From: a virus
Virus record (IMG/VR): IMGVR_UViG_3300021962_000047
Location: 1 to 64,000 of that record
Strand: one strand, 5' to 3'
Length of the DNA: 64,000 bases
Of this stretch, positions 31,301 through 39,821 are shown one piece after another. The notes beneath the pieces are model-generated. The model had not been told where the DNA came from, made no database searches, and worked only from the letters and a program-made list of their open reading frames with translations. How positions within the stretch are numbered: position 1 is the stretch's first letter; each line of letters opens with the position of its first letter. The position numbers and the translations under genes are program-made.

Positions 31301-32005
31301 AGCAGCAGTTCTTCCTATCATTTCTAAAGTAATTTTATAATTACCATCACCCGGGTCAAATCTGGCGTTAAATGATTTCAACATTAATTCATATCTAATT
31401 GCTTTACCGTAATACCCTTTAACTGTTAGATAAAATATTGGGTATGGTAATTGCATAAATGCAGAGTATGGTGATTTTTCACCAAGTTCAAATAATGTTC
31501 TACCTTGAACGTCGACCATATCGACAGTTACCACAGGGATAAATGAGGCGTTGTTTGTAATTTTTATATTTGTAATACCTAAAAGTTGAGTGTCTTCGAT
31601 ATTACCAACACTTCTAGAGTTATTTTGACTAACTTGTGTTTGATTTATACCTTGACCCTCAAGAGCACCTCTACCTGTTATTTGGTCAGACCAACTAGTG
31701 TCTAAATATTTTTTTCCTTGTGGTGATAAGAAATTTATTTTACCTAATGGTGAACCACCAAAATTTGCAATCGGACTAAGTAAGTTTGAATTTTCATCAA
31801 AATTTTCACCTAAAGCTAGTTTGGTTCTTGGAATAATTCTCGCTTCCAAATTAGCGTACATGACAAGATTTTCATGGTCAACAAGCCTTTCTTGCATCCT
31901 ACCATCTTTGTCAAAGATTTTGTTTGGGTCTACTAATACTACGTTGTTATAGTCAGCATCCCAAGCAACATTACCATCTGTATATTTTTTTACATTATCT
32001 GCCAT
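25388..32005 (-). CDS. Giant baseplate hub-like protein with a C-terminal lysozyme-fold (GH73-like) domain
   Basis: 2205 aa. Hub-like N-terminus (LGITNIKI...VDMVDVQG...FYLTVKGYYG) and gp27/gpD-like motif (YTCEVQSMGNVMIQPTMYFNL...GPYWILNVTHTI). C-terminus WTEQGQG...NDLFGI...AVFDNFDNSI. Confidence 0.65.
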   Translation of the reverse strand: MADNVKKYTDGNVAWDADYNNVVLVDPNKIFDKDGRMQERLVDHENLVMYANLEARIIPRTKLALGENFDENSNLLSPIANFGGSPLGKINFLSPQGKKYLDTSWSDQITGRGALEGQGINQTQVSQNNSRSVGNIEDTQLLGITNIKITNNASFIPVVTVDMVDVQGRTLFELGEKSPYSAFMQLPYPIFYLTVKGYYGKAIRYELMLKSFNARFDPGDGNYKITLEMIGRTAAILSDLPLGSLYALPHMYNSTLSIPNSTDGLANGDQEQLLIDSANNLTDPFELIALANTGVNQTQPMSQIITTRGMKKIREVYNYYESKGLIGPNFPRLTIAQMKMKLDKLEEYITNSFAKEDVSVLNDIDEYRKVINDYRDRVYSQNTQSWYQKYMDGKNVLVDNTTGEIYYTFKKDLNLQAKKDAIVELTDSIVKFYNNKLSNNATFGDNGKYTINGKTYSSSLTFTMNYNDFPFYITSEDLQEKINLEQSYILTNNKAPNEVELSAYTLTLITDIKAKGFKYDFQTQEIVTDEQIIYFGFGTKYNNAKFSVNSFLEKISDLEERFGVLEEKIENQLSDALMEKIESSENGLGFKPTIRNILAVIMASADAFYRLMDDVHTEAWKLKSDPVRASAILNPEQSTNVDNKFVVNGQVIGSEELTEINFVYPWPQYIEQEKDEKDNVYQVVKYPGLSSSINRTKGYLYDKWPEIEFLEEYVTGQLLKQALPTPSTMPNQKKEANFIPSNAIEFPYTVQPYGDKSEVPFFYEIWERTYLNTYYSKLFRDEQSRYDLYSVLGDFESYTIKEAISSDPELMMILKRYGLSFQTFEPFLKSISNEGTGQNWNNYIRDIFNTDYINADIDNDSYIYSLDTINVESITVQDSQESQNKLVEYLKSTQSNTLDYTDVYPFTDLNWLKNNMAYGNSVGNVRDSNDTTKSLYYFDNKKTICSFNPSDLTSVTKDVPLTNISWINNLPTAPSQTKNVSTNLMMKAYYDNRLVTNLNYFITESVINYGPNYQGNVSETQTTSLLNTPYFINSIIEGVDNYKNGNPYPYKNLAYLFLNSLPLSTLKEKSLFVTDDNGLSQQSLKSYLSAIFNKTSAIHKLPYAWILKYGSIWHRYKNYIENGVDHLDTVWKSFDQNDAYDPTNQQPITSYNIKKYDGSNYLYEMQNTLAGVSQNMSINIGLYPKLINSIYYMFTDTDIITDYTPSGWDSAYNNGLRIGFTNDSTVMVPSNQFATPTTQNLSIKNWYQYIEDTTGLYDNNINQPRIFVIPSTGGLSFSQYRFENTNGITNIFQKTPTQVLSDQTLYDGSARSLWGGSNFGFYNNSLVKKPSYNEYLKVIDTENEYQDPFTITYNSDYSNIEELLSVFPKQLLDIFENEFLNFTKSPDNTIELLAGENTNLSYFDLTDLQDIYNRNIISVLRPLFISDMPKSNNENGIAYEISDNQMTNFVYGMEQFLGYQVILKRGNPGNFDRRVFNSLSTNDTFKPVDPINFGKYVTNSLPSSGGGTTLLQSQAAYPDAWKALKLNVGEFTNSDLSYKDSGSYITDFFITMNIEFTKTNVEQLSQVIKIFATQKLQNPSLTSATFTTNLNQYLSNQNKYQSNILNNVFRYLNKNIPNITQIKESKRSAMDGDIAKTELWEVFKVLNDKWIAGGDFKNRVLFEDFLFLDRANRDIGDSIIVDVNHLSSWLSNERETASLYSLIGEILAHNNFIFMALPAYVNFYGVQEITKNGVPQDIDIPNSSFGTYLEVDYQKNKPKFVCMYTNRLSEHTEQKENIDYRFANDSFDLRKSSENPLVENQNNKQDWGTSNKVVAFNVDFGIRNQNIFKSISLNQSQYKNTSETFKVLTDMANQTKGQKTYQQSTSLFNIYKTRSYTCEVQSMGNVMIQPTMYFNLRYVPMFTGPYWILNVTHTITPNDFQTDFSGVRISKFSFPNLDKLTMSVNLDLLRRYQKKVNNIVTTTSGQTSANANLESEASTTVTTNTNPPALPQGGVNKPTRAVLADCLNKTKYPNLPWIDNSSITTIGKKDVIEYLKTRTDIPLKIRRLVFGMAWTEQGQGTNFTCVGNDLFGIHTDGTWSNNMIGFVSGQSCVKVIEGGSRPLAVFDNFDNSIKFVLSRFNTAGFVQRQNQYQSYYGEAESYARLWKSCWNLGVGLYGGNDVEQKIDKAISDANKSGGVVNNKNYWQRTVASFQSALNYSVSNGL

Positions 32006-32312
32006 AATAATAGAAATGGTTGTCTATCGCCGTTTTATAATCTTGTAGTGATGCAATTAAAGGAAATGGAACGATTAATACTGAACCATCAGGAATATCG
32101 GTTTCCATTCCACCAAATTGTGGGTTTGCCATTTGAATTAACCATCCAAAATATGGCGTGTTGTAAAATTCATAGGAAACTTTATCTAATCTACTTCTTC
32201 CTTGGCGATAGATATATTTTCTATCAGTTGTCTTTGAAGGCAAAGTAACATACGGAACAACGGTCTGTTGACCGTTTAAAAGAAAATTCTGATATCTATT
32301 GTAGTATTGCAT
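31995..32312 (-). CDS. LysM-like baseplate protein (T4 gp53 / P2 gpX-like)
   Basis: RLDKVSYEFYNTPYFGWLIQMANP...IPDGSVLIVP. Confidence 0.85.
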   Translation of the reverse strand: MQYYNRYQNFLLNGQQTVVPYVTLPSKTTDRKYIYRQGRSRLDKVSYEFYNTPYFGWLIQMANPQFGGMETDIPDGSVLIVPFPLIASLQDYKTAIDNHFYYYGR

Positions 32313-35300
32313 TAGTCTAACTTAACTTTATTGTTCCAAGAATTTTTATTTCCACCATTTACACCACTGTATAACAAATTAAAATTATCCAAGTCGGCAG
32401 AATTTGGCGTTTTTATGTCGGAGAAAGTGAAATCTCTCTGCTTTCCTTTAACATAAGGCTTATATTCGTTAAATACAGACTTGAAGTATTCATCCCTGAA
32501 TTTATTAAACTGTTTTAAAGATTCATCATACTCTTTTGTATATTCTTTAACTAATAGGTCTTGTGATGCATACACAGTGTTTGCCCACACCGGTATTTTA
32601 ACTAATTCTTTTAAAACCTCCTCACTAATATCTGCACTATTATCAAGCGTTTCTCTACCAAAAATAATCGCCCATCTCTTTTCCGCAGCCGATGATATAG
32701 CCAAGTTATAAAATACAATATCATTGTTATTACTTGACCAACCATCAGTCATTAACTTATATGTTTCTAATTTAGAATATAAAGTATTAAGATTATCCGC
32801 AACAACTTTGTAGTCATTTACCAATTCTACCTGTGTATCGGCAGCACCACCAGAAGTATCAGATACTTCGGTTGTTGCCGTTAATGAATAAAGAATTGGT
32901 TGACCTGAAGGTTTCTTAAATCCATCAATACCACTTTGAACTAAATTGATTTTATCTACAACTCTAATGAAATTTTGTTCAACTCCAACCAAATCATTTA
33001 AGTTTGATAACATAGATGATGAGAAGTTAACTTTTCTACGATTAATTAAATCTTTAACTTGTTTTTTAAATGTTCTTAAATCAGCATTTTTAACATCGTT
33101 CTTTTTGTCTCCTGTTACAAAAGGAGCAACTAAAGGAGAATTACCATTATCAACATCCGATAACGCGTCATTAAATACTTGGTCTATTTTTGATTGCAAT
33201 GATTCTGTTTTACCAAAAATACTTGTTTCAACATTATCAGAACTCGATGTTGCGTATTGTCCAAACTCACCCGTAATATACTTTCTATCTTTAGTAAACA
33301 TTCTTAAACCACCTGTTAAGTACGCTTGGTTAACACTATCCAACGATGATACGGTAGCATCGGCATATGCCTTAGATACACCAATTAAGTCATCCATAAT
33401 CTGCATAAATGATGTTGTACCAGTTACAGTTGTACCATTATCAGATAACACTTTATTTTGAATGGTTCCAATAGTATTACCCGCCTCGTTTTGAATATCC
33501 ATTCCTAATTCTTGATTAGTTAATGGAACCTCAGCAATTAAATCTTCAATTACAAATCTATCAATCTGAGATGTATCTTCAGTTGCCGTAGCTCTTTCAT
33601 CATACATTTCAGTATTAGCATAATAGTTGAACGATAATGCGTTTTGTAATTGAGCCACAGGTTCTTTTAATCCATGACCACCAATAAAGTAGAATGATAA
33701 ACTAACATCAGCTAACATCGGTTGAACACCAATACCTTCAGGGTTTAAATCCAATTGTAATGGTTCATATCTAATTGACATTTGGTTAATGGCAATTTTT
33801 GTATGCCAGAAATCTCCCACCCTTAACACACAAATCGGAGGAGCTCCAAATGATGTGTTTAACGCATCATTCTGTAGAGGTTTACCATCAGGACCAATAA
33901 CAGGTATAGTATTACCTGGTCTTAAACATTGTTGTAAGAAAGTTAATCTTGAGTTTAACCCTTCAGGTGTAATTGAGTGGAAAGCCGGATTAAAGAATTG
34001 AATTTTTTCTTTCATACTCTCATAAAGGAATGGAGTATCTTCTTTAATCATTTCAAAATAATCACATTCACTTAATAACTTTCTTAACATTCTTTTAGCT
34101 AATCCCTGCTTTAAACTAATTTCTTGATTTGAAATTGTTTTTTGTGGTGTAGGACTCGCGTCGGCACTACCTGTTGTTGGTTGTGGTATAACTTCATCGG
34201 CAATTTTTGTGTCAGCTTCAATCTTAGGTCCAACACTAACATTTAAAATCTGTGCTCTACGACAACCCATAGCAGCTACCGAATAAATTTTGTCTTGCCC
34301 CGTCAATTCCTGAGTACAATCAATAGGAGTTCCAGATGAATTAGTTGCATCACTCTGTCCCCCTTCACCAACACCATCTGTAGTAACATTTACCAAACCT
34401 TTTTCTAATAAAGGTTCCATACCATTCCAATCTTGTATTGTCTGTAAAACTGAATCAACTCGTCTCCATGATAAGTCAACGTTATATGTTGGTGAATTAG
34501 GAGATGATGCTGAACCAACAATATTAAAACTAACGGTATATCCTTGACCCGCAATTTCAACAATCTTATTTAAAAAATCCTCAAACTTATTGTAATTTGG
34601 TGTAATTACATCCTCAAAGAATGTTTGAGTTGGTTGTTTTTGATTGGCGTTAGCTTGGTCTTGATAAAAAGATTTTTCACCAATATATGCCATATATGTT
34701 GAAGTGTAGTCAATAGACGATGTTTTTCCATAACTTTTAGGGTCAGGAGTGTCATTATCAAAATAAAGATTTAACCCATTAAATTCCGTCAAACTTGGGA
34801 TTAATTCACCTTCAGATGAATTTTGTGGTTGTTCTTTTGGAATTTCTTCCATTCCCCTCTTAAATTGGTCAACGTTAGTTGTCTGTTCAACAACACTGAA
34901 GATTTCATTAAATGAAAGGGTACCATATTTTTTGGCTAATTCATATATATCGTATGTTTTACATCCCGCAAAGAAACTATCAACAATCTTAGTAATTTCA
35001 GATTCAGGACTAACATTGGCTAATTCTTTATCTATGATTGTATTAAGAATAGAGGGGTGGTCCACTATAATCTTAAATGATAAACTACCCTGTCTTTGGG
35101 TATTATTGTATGTGTAAATCGGCTCAGGTCTTCCTAAGAAATCGTTTTGATTCCATCTAACAGAAACACTCTCATCTACTCTTAAGTCATACGGGGGGAA
35201 CCACATTATTCTACCACCTAAAGGTCCTTTTTCACATGCAGGTAAATCCTGTTGCATGTCAGTTGTTCTCCACGCTAAATTCTCTAAAGACAACATATAT

Positions 35301-37045
35301 TTCTTAACTTGTCCGTCAATAACGTTTGTAGATTCATTACCCGTCATTGGGGCAATGTTTAAGTTGAATGTATTATCTAAAACAGAATATGTGGACTTTC
35401 TAATGTTACCTTCCGTTTTTTGTAAATCAGAATAAGTAAAGAAAGGGGTATCTTTGGTGAATACTCTACAATATTCCATTCCGACCTCACCACCATTTTG
35501 ATTTACATAACGTTTAACTCTTGAACCTTTTGTAATTTCTCTTGTTCCATCAAAGAATACTTTTGATGTTTGGTTGATTGCATTACCAACGTGTTGTAGC
35601 CTCGCATTACCATTTAATCCATCTGCGGCTTCAACTAACTTTTGTGTGTCATATAAAATAGAACCAGGTGTTAAACCATAATTTGTTGATTCAGTTTTAT
35701 TAAATTGAGATGATATCTGCGGCCAGTTCGAATCTGTTTCATATAACTCTCCACCTTTTCCGGCCTTTTTACCCGCAGCACTTCTCGACTTTGGTGATAT
35801 CCATGTAAATCCACCTTGAAGTCCTCCGTCATCACTAGGTTCCGCAGTGTTTAAACCAAAGTTAAATTTTTGATTTCCTTCATATAATGTTGCTAGTTCA
35901 CCATAACCTCTGACTGCGGTTTGTACTCTTTGTCCTTTAGCATTTGTTGGTAACTCATTATTTGGGAAAATAATATCATTCGGGTCTTGAGTTCGTTTAC
36001 CAACATAATACTGACCATTTGGTGCACCTAAATTTAAATCACCTATAAAATTAGCTTTGTAATCAGGTCTATAATCATTGTACTCTAATGATGAGAATAG
36101 GGCTGAAACTTGTCCTTGTCCTGAGTTTGCTAAGAAAATATCAGAACCATTTTTTCTTTCAGGTAATAAATCAGGTTTACCAAACAATGCTCCAATAACA
36201 TTTATTGTTTGGTTAATAAAACTTCTCTTACCTACAGGGTCAAAATAATCACCAGGTATCCAAGAATAAGGAAAATAAACACCTGTTAATCTTCCCGCCA
36301 TATCCAACCCTTTGGCTGGTAAACTACCGGGTACTGAAATATGCCAATCGGCAGTTATTAAAGGTTTTTTACCCGCTAAGATGGCAGCAGCTTCAAAAGG
36401 GTCATTTAATGCTCCAACAAGATTTACTCTACCTAATGTCTGTTGATAGGTTTCTTGTGCAATTCTGTATTGTAATTCCGCTCTTAATGATGTAGCGGCA
36501 ATTTTTATCATGTCAGAATCTTGTGAAAGATTTCCGTTTGAGCCCTGTGGATTGTCTTGTAATAAAATACTTGCAACCGGATATGTTGAACCAATAAATT
36601 TAAAATAGGTATCTCTATTTTGAATTATCTTTTGTACTTCATCTACATTATAAACAATATCATATCCACCTTGTGGACCATATAGATTATTTATAAATGC
36701 TCTTTTTTGTGATGGTTCACTTCTTAATTCTAACCCTGTTTCTATACCAGTATATGGTCCCTCATTAGAATTTGTTTGAAATGTTGTAACATCAATTGGG
36801 TCTCCGAAACCATTTTGACCATCAGCAGGTCCGTACTTATTTTTAGTATATAATATTTTTTCTTGTTGGTCACCAACTTGAACAACATCAGGACTATCTA
36901 AAACCGAAAAATCTTTTAAGTTAAACTCATCGGTTCCTGGTGCAGTAACAGAATTAAAACCATTAGATTTATATGGTTCTAAATTCTTTACTAATAACTT
37001 TTTTCTAAAGTTTTCTGTTGAATCAAATGATAGTGGACTCGGCAT
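32312..37045 (-). CDS. Tail tube initiator-like protein with an inserted OmpA-like domain
   Basis: Tube-fold halves (FPPYDLRVDESVSVRW...LGRPEPIYTYNNTQRQGSLSF and APPICVLRVGD...MLADVSLSF) flank LYFDND...IVGSAS...YNVDLSWRRVDSV...GVGE...CRRAQI. Confidence 0.65.
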   Translation of the reverse strand: MPSPLSFDSTENFRKKLLVKNLEPYKSNGFNSVTAPGTDEFNLKDFSVLDSPDVVQVGDQQEKILYTKNKYGPADGQNGFGDPIDVTTFQTNSNEGPYTGIETGLELRSEPSQKRAFINNLYGPQGGYDIVYNVDEVQKIIQNRDTYFKFIGSTYPVASILLQDNPQGSNGNLSQDSDMIKIAATSLRAELQYRIAQETYQQTLGRVNLVGALNDPFEAAAILAGKKPLITADWHISVPGSLPAKGLDMAGRLTGVYFPYSWIPGDYFDPVGKRSFINQTINVIGALFGKPDLLPERKNGSDIFLANSGQGQVSALFSSLEYNDYRPDYKANFIGDLNLGAPNGQYYVGKRTQDPNDIIFPNNELPTNAKGQRVQTAVRGYGELATLYEGNQKFNFGLNTAEPSDDGGLQGGFTWISPKSRSAAGKKAGKGGELYETDSNWPQISSQFNKTESTNYGLTPGSILYDTQKLVEAADGLNGNARLQHVGNAINQTSKVFFDGTREITKGSRVKRYVNQNGGEVGMEYCRVFTKDTPFFTYSDLQKTEGNIRKSTYSVLDNTFNLNIAPMTGNESTNVIDGQVKKYMLSLENLAWRTTDMQQDLPACEKGPLGGRIMWFPPYDLRVDESVSVRWNQNDFLGRPEPIYTYNNTQRQGSLSFKIIVDHPSILNTIIDKELANVSPESEITKIVDSFFAGCKTYDIYELAKKYGTLSFNEIFSVVEQTTNVDQFKRGMEEIPKEQPQNSSEGELIPSLTEFNGLNLYFDNDTPDPKSYGKTSSIDYTSTYMAYIGEKSFYQDQANANQKQPTQTFFEDVITPNYNKFEDFLNKIVEIAGQGYTVSFNIVGSASSPNSPTYNVDLSWRRVDSVLQTIQDWNGMEPLLEKGLVNVTTDGVGEGGQSDATNSSGTPIDCTQELTGQDKIYSVAAMGCRRAQILNVSVGPKIEADTKIADEVIPQPTTGSADASPTPQKTISNQEISLKQGLAKRMLRKLLSECDYFEMIKEDTPFLYESMKEKIQFFNPAFHSITPEGLNSRLTFLQQCLRPGNTIPVIGPDGKPLQNDALNTSFGAPPICVLRVGDFWHTKIAINQMSIRYEPLQLDLNPEGIGVQPMLADVSLSFYFIGGHGLKEPVAQLQNALSFNYYANTEMYDERATATEDTSQIDRFVIEDLIAEVPLTNQELGMDIQNEAGNTIGTIQNKVLSDNGTTVTGTTSFMQIMDDLIGVSKAYADATVSSLDSVNQAYLTGGLRMFTKDRKYITGEFGQYATSSSDNVETSIFGKTESLQSKIDQVFNDALSDVDNGNSPLVAPFVTGDKKNDVKNADLRTFKKQVKDLINRRKVNFSSSMLSNLNDLVGVEQNFIRVVDKINLVQSGIDGFKKPSGQPILYSLTATTEVSDTSGGAADTQVELVNDYKVVADNLNTLYSKLETYKLMTDGWSSNNNDIVFYNLAISSAAEKRWAIIFGRETLDNSADISEEVLKELVKIPVWANTVYASQDLLVKEYTKEYDESLKQFNKFRDEYFKSVFNEYKPYVKGKQRDFTFSDIKTPNSADLDNFNLLYSGVNGGNKNSWNNKVKLD

Positions 37046-37089
37046 CTATTTTTTATTTATCTATAAATAGATGATTGGATATTTTTTTA

Positions 37090-38802
37090 TTAGTTACCTA
37101 ACAAGTCAGGCTCTAAAATCTGTTTAATTCTCTCACTTAATATTCGAATATCATCATTTGACATTCTACTAACATCTAACACTTGAGTTAATCCATCCAA
37201 TCTAATAGTTCCTGTGTGTACAACATTTAAATTACTTAAATTTATTGTCTGTGTTGTATTAGTAGGTTGTTGTGGTGTAACTGTAGTTGAATTGTTATTA
37301 CCTCCACCACTAGTGTTTGGTAACACTCTTCTTGCGTTTTGTACTGTCGTAGTGACTGTTGTTGTAAAATCAGTACCAAAGAAATCTAATAGTTCCCTAA
37401 ATCCTTGACTTACTTGTGTTTTTACTGAATTTAAAAATGGTGTTAATCCTTGGTCCCAAGTTATGTTATCTGTTACTGATTGTATTCCCGTTACAATTTT
37501 ATCTCTAACTAAATTATAATTTTCTTCAGTTAATAACTTACTTAGATTTGCTGAAACATTGTTTGCAACTGTTTTTGCCTGTGCGGATATATCACTATAA
37601 GTTTCACCGCCAGCAACCCCTGCAGCCAATTTAGCCGCGGGTGTTCTAAGTGTTTTTAAGATATCCTCCAAAGTTGAAAGTTGGTCCACGGCAATTTCTT
37701 GAGAACTTTTTCCTTGTTTTTCTTGTTCCTTAATTAACTCAGAATACGCACTTTCAACTTGTTCTGTTGTTAATTTAGACAATTCAATGGCTTTGTCTTG
37801 ACCTGGTAATTTAATTTCTAAATTACCTTGTTTATTTAATGTAGAAAGATTTGCAACTAATTGTTTCTGTTCATCAGTCATATTAGTAAATCTTAATTCA
37901 TCCATTGCCTTTTGTTCCTGAGCCGCCTTTACCGCAGTATTAGCCAAATCTTCGTAACTCATACCAAGAGCATCTGCTGAAGCTCTTAATCGTCTCATTT
38001 CAGTTGCCGATATTTGAAACTTACCAGTTTCTTTGTTAAACATTACCGATGACTTAGCAGCATCTATAATAGTATTTTGTAGACCCTCCATATCATTTTG
38101 GGCCATATTCATTAATTGGAACGGGTCTCCTAAAGCTCCAATAGCACCACCTAAATTTTGAAACTCAGCCGCCAATTCAATCGCCTTTTCAGGGTTTAAT
38201 AAATCCGCAGCCAATTTATTAACCGAAGTCATATCAATACGTAACGCCTGAGCTCTAGCAACCATACGAGTGAATCCTTCAACTCCATCCTTGAAGTTAT
38301 AAGCGTTGACTAACTTTAAGTTTTTACCAACTGTTTGTAGGAACGTACCAACATTTAATCCAAGACCTCTTGCTTTACTTGACATCTGTTCAATACCTTC
38401 AATAGTACCATCAATACCAATTCCTATAGTATCAAAAGATTCCGCAAGTGTTCCCATTTCCTCCGCAGTTATACCTGCAGATTTTTGTATAGCTACAAAA
38501 CTAGTTAACTGTTCATCAGTTAACATTGTATTTGATTGTAAACTTTTGTTAATTGATGAAAACACATTCGCTATGTCATCTAATGTACCTCCAAATTCTA
38601 TAGATTTTGCAGCGGCTTGAGCGAACTCAACCCTCATGTCTTTAGCATAAACTGCACCCTGTCCTAATACACTTCTATTAATTCGAGCAACTTGGTCTTC
38701 AAAATCAAATATACTGTCTTGTAATTTAGCAAACGAATCTTTTAACGCTCCCGTTAAATCACTTAAACTTGGACCACCACCGCTGTTATCTTGTAAAAAC
38801 AT
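37090..38802 (-). CDS. Tape measure protein
   Basis: 570 aa, Ala/Gln/Leu-rich and helical. It sits between the chaperone genes and the tube initiator, similar in size to T4 gp29. Confidence 0.7.
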   Translation of the reverse strand: MFLQDNSGGGPSLSDLTGALKDSFAKLQDSIFDFEDQVARINRSVLGQGAVYAKDMRVEFAQAAAKSIEFGGTLDDIANVFSSINKSLQSNTMLTDEQLTSFVAIQKSAGITAEEMGTLAESFDTIGIGIDGTIEGIEQMSSKARGLGLNVGTFLQTVGKNLKLVNAYNFKDGVEGFTRMVARAQALRIDMTSVNKLAADLLNPEKAIELAAEFQNLGGAIGALGDPFQLMNMAQNDMEGLQNTIIDAAKSSVMFNKETGKFQISATEMRRLRASADALGMSYEDLANTAVKAAQEQKAMDELRFTNMTDEQKQLVANLSTLNKQGNLEIKLPGQDKAIELSKLTTEQVESAYSELIKEQEKQGKSSQEIAVDQLSTLEDILKTLRTPAAKLAAGVAGGETYSDISAQAKTVANNVSANLSKLLTEENYNLVRDKIVTGIQSVTDNITWDQGLTPFLNSVKTQVSQGFRELLDFFGTDFTTTVTTTVQNARRVLPNTSGGGNNNSTTVTPQQPTNTTQTINLSNLNVVHTGTIRLDGLTQVLDVSRMSNDDIRILSERIKQILEPDLLGN

Positions 38803-38825
38803 AAAGTTATTTTACAATAAATACC

Positions 38826-39014
38826 TTATCTTTTATTTCTTGCTTGTTCAGCCATTTCATTTTGTTTTTGAAACTCTTCAGATAACTTATTAATGAAGAA
38901 CTTTCTTTCAAAGGTTGGCATCCTTAAAAGGTCTGAATATGAAAAATGTAAATGTTTTGCTAAGTAGTATATCTCATCATATACTACCTTTCTATAATCA
39001 GAAGAAAGGACGAA
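38826..39014 (-). CDS. gp51-like tail/hub assembly chaperone extension; no canonical start for its N-half, probably reached by frameshift
   Basis: Hand translation gives FVLSSDYRKVVYDEIYYLAKHLHFSYSDLLRMPTFERKFFINKLSEEFQKQNEMAEQARNKR*. MPxxER resembles gp51-family proteins. Confidence 0.65.
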   Translation of the reverse strand, partial: FVLSSDYRKVVYDEIYYLAKHLHFSYSDLLRMPTFERKFFINKLSEEFQKQNEMAEQARNKR

Positions 39015-39747
39015 AAAACTCTGCCCCGAAAGTGATGCGAGCGCTCACTTTTTCTCCTGACGGGGCTGTAAAGACTCGTTCCAAGTCTAGTCGTGGTTCA
39101 CAATCTCTTAATGTATTTCTAATATACTTTGAGTCGGCAATAGGTAATTGTTGTATCCATTGAGCAATTTGTCCCTTATCTTCATTACCGTCAACTGAAA
39201 TTAAATGCATCTCCAATCTTTTAGTGATTACAGGTGCTGTCATACCTTTTGGGTATGCATTTTCAAACTCTCTTAACATTTTTTGGTCACCAACATTCAA
39301 CAATTTACATTTAACTACAGAACCCGATGTAGGTAATGTAAATTCAAAATATCCCTCAGAATTTGGTTCCATTTTGGGTTCCTTAATGTTTAATTCATCT
39401 AATGTCGTAGTTACCGTAAACTCCTTTAAAGTTTTTGGGTCAGATAAAATTAAATTATATTCACTACCGAACGATGTGTTTCTTAAGAAAATTAATATTG
39501 CTTCAACATCACAATCCAATAATTGGTCGACGTGAAAGTCAGGCTCATAAATTTTAGTTCTTAAAAGTGTTTGGATGATATCATTGTTTTGATTTTGACT
39601 CAAAAGGATATTTTCATCCGCAGCGGTTAGATACCCCACTTTTAATGAAGATTTTTTATTTTTATAAAATTTACCTCTAGAAGGTAGTGTTACCACATCG
39701 TGTGGTAAGTTAAAGTCCATTTGACCGTATTGTGATATATTATCCAT
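38998..39747 (-). CDS. T4 gp26-like baseplate hub / tail assembly chaperone
   Basis: LPSRGKFY...LTAADENIL...DVEAILIFLRNTSFG...FGAEFFRP, located between tube and tape measure. Confidence 0.8.
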   Translation of the reverse strand: MDNISQYGQMDFNLPHDVVTLPSRGKFYKNKKSSLKVGYLTAADENILLSQNQNNDIIQTLLRTKIYEPDFHVDQLLDCDVEAILIFLRNTSFGSEYNLILSDPKTLKEFTVTTTLDELNIKEPKMEPNSEGYFEFTLPTSGSVVKCKLLNVGDQKMLREFENAYPKGMTAPVITKRLEMHLISVDGNEDKGQIAQWIQQLPIADSKYIRNTLRDCEPRLDLERVFTAPSGEKVSARITFGAEFFRPFF

Positions 39748-39752
39748 AACTC

Positions 39753-39785
39753 AAAAAAAAAAACCATAGGGTGGTCCCTATGGTT
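39753..39785 (-). terminator. Rho-independent terminator after the tail tube gene
   Basis: Perfect 10-bp stem AACCATAGGG-ACCA-CCCTATGGTT with a T11 run that includes the stem end. Confidence 0.85.
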
Positions 39786-39821
39786 AAATATAACAAAACT
39801 AAAAATATCGTAAAGATTATT

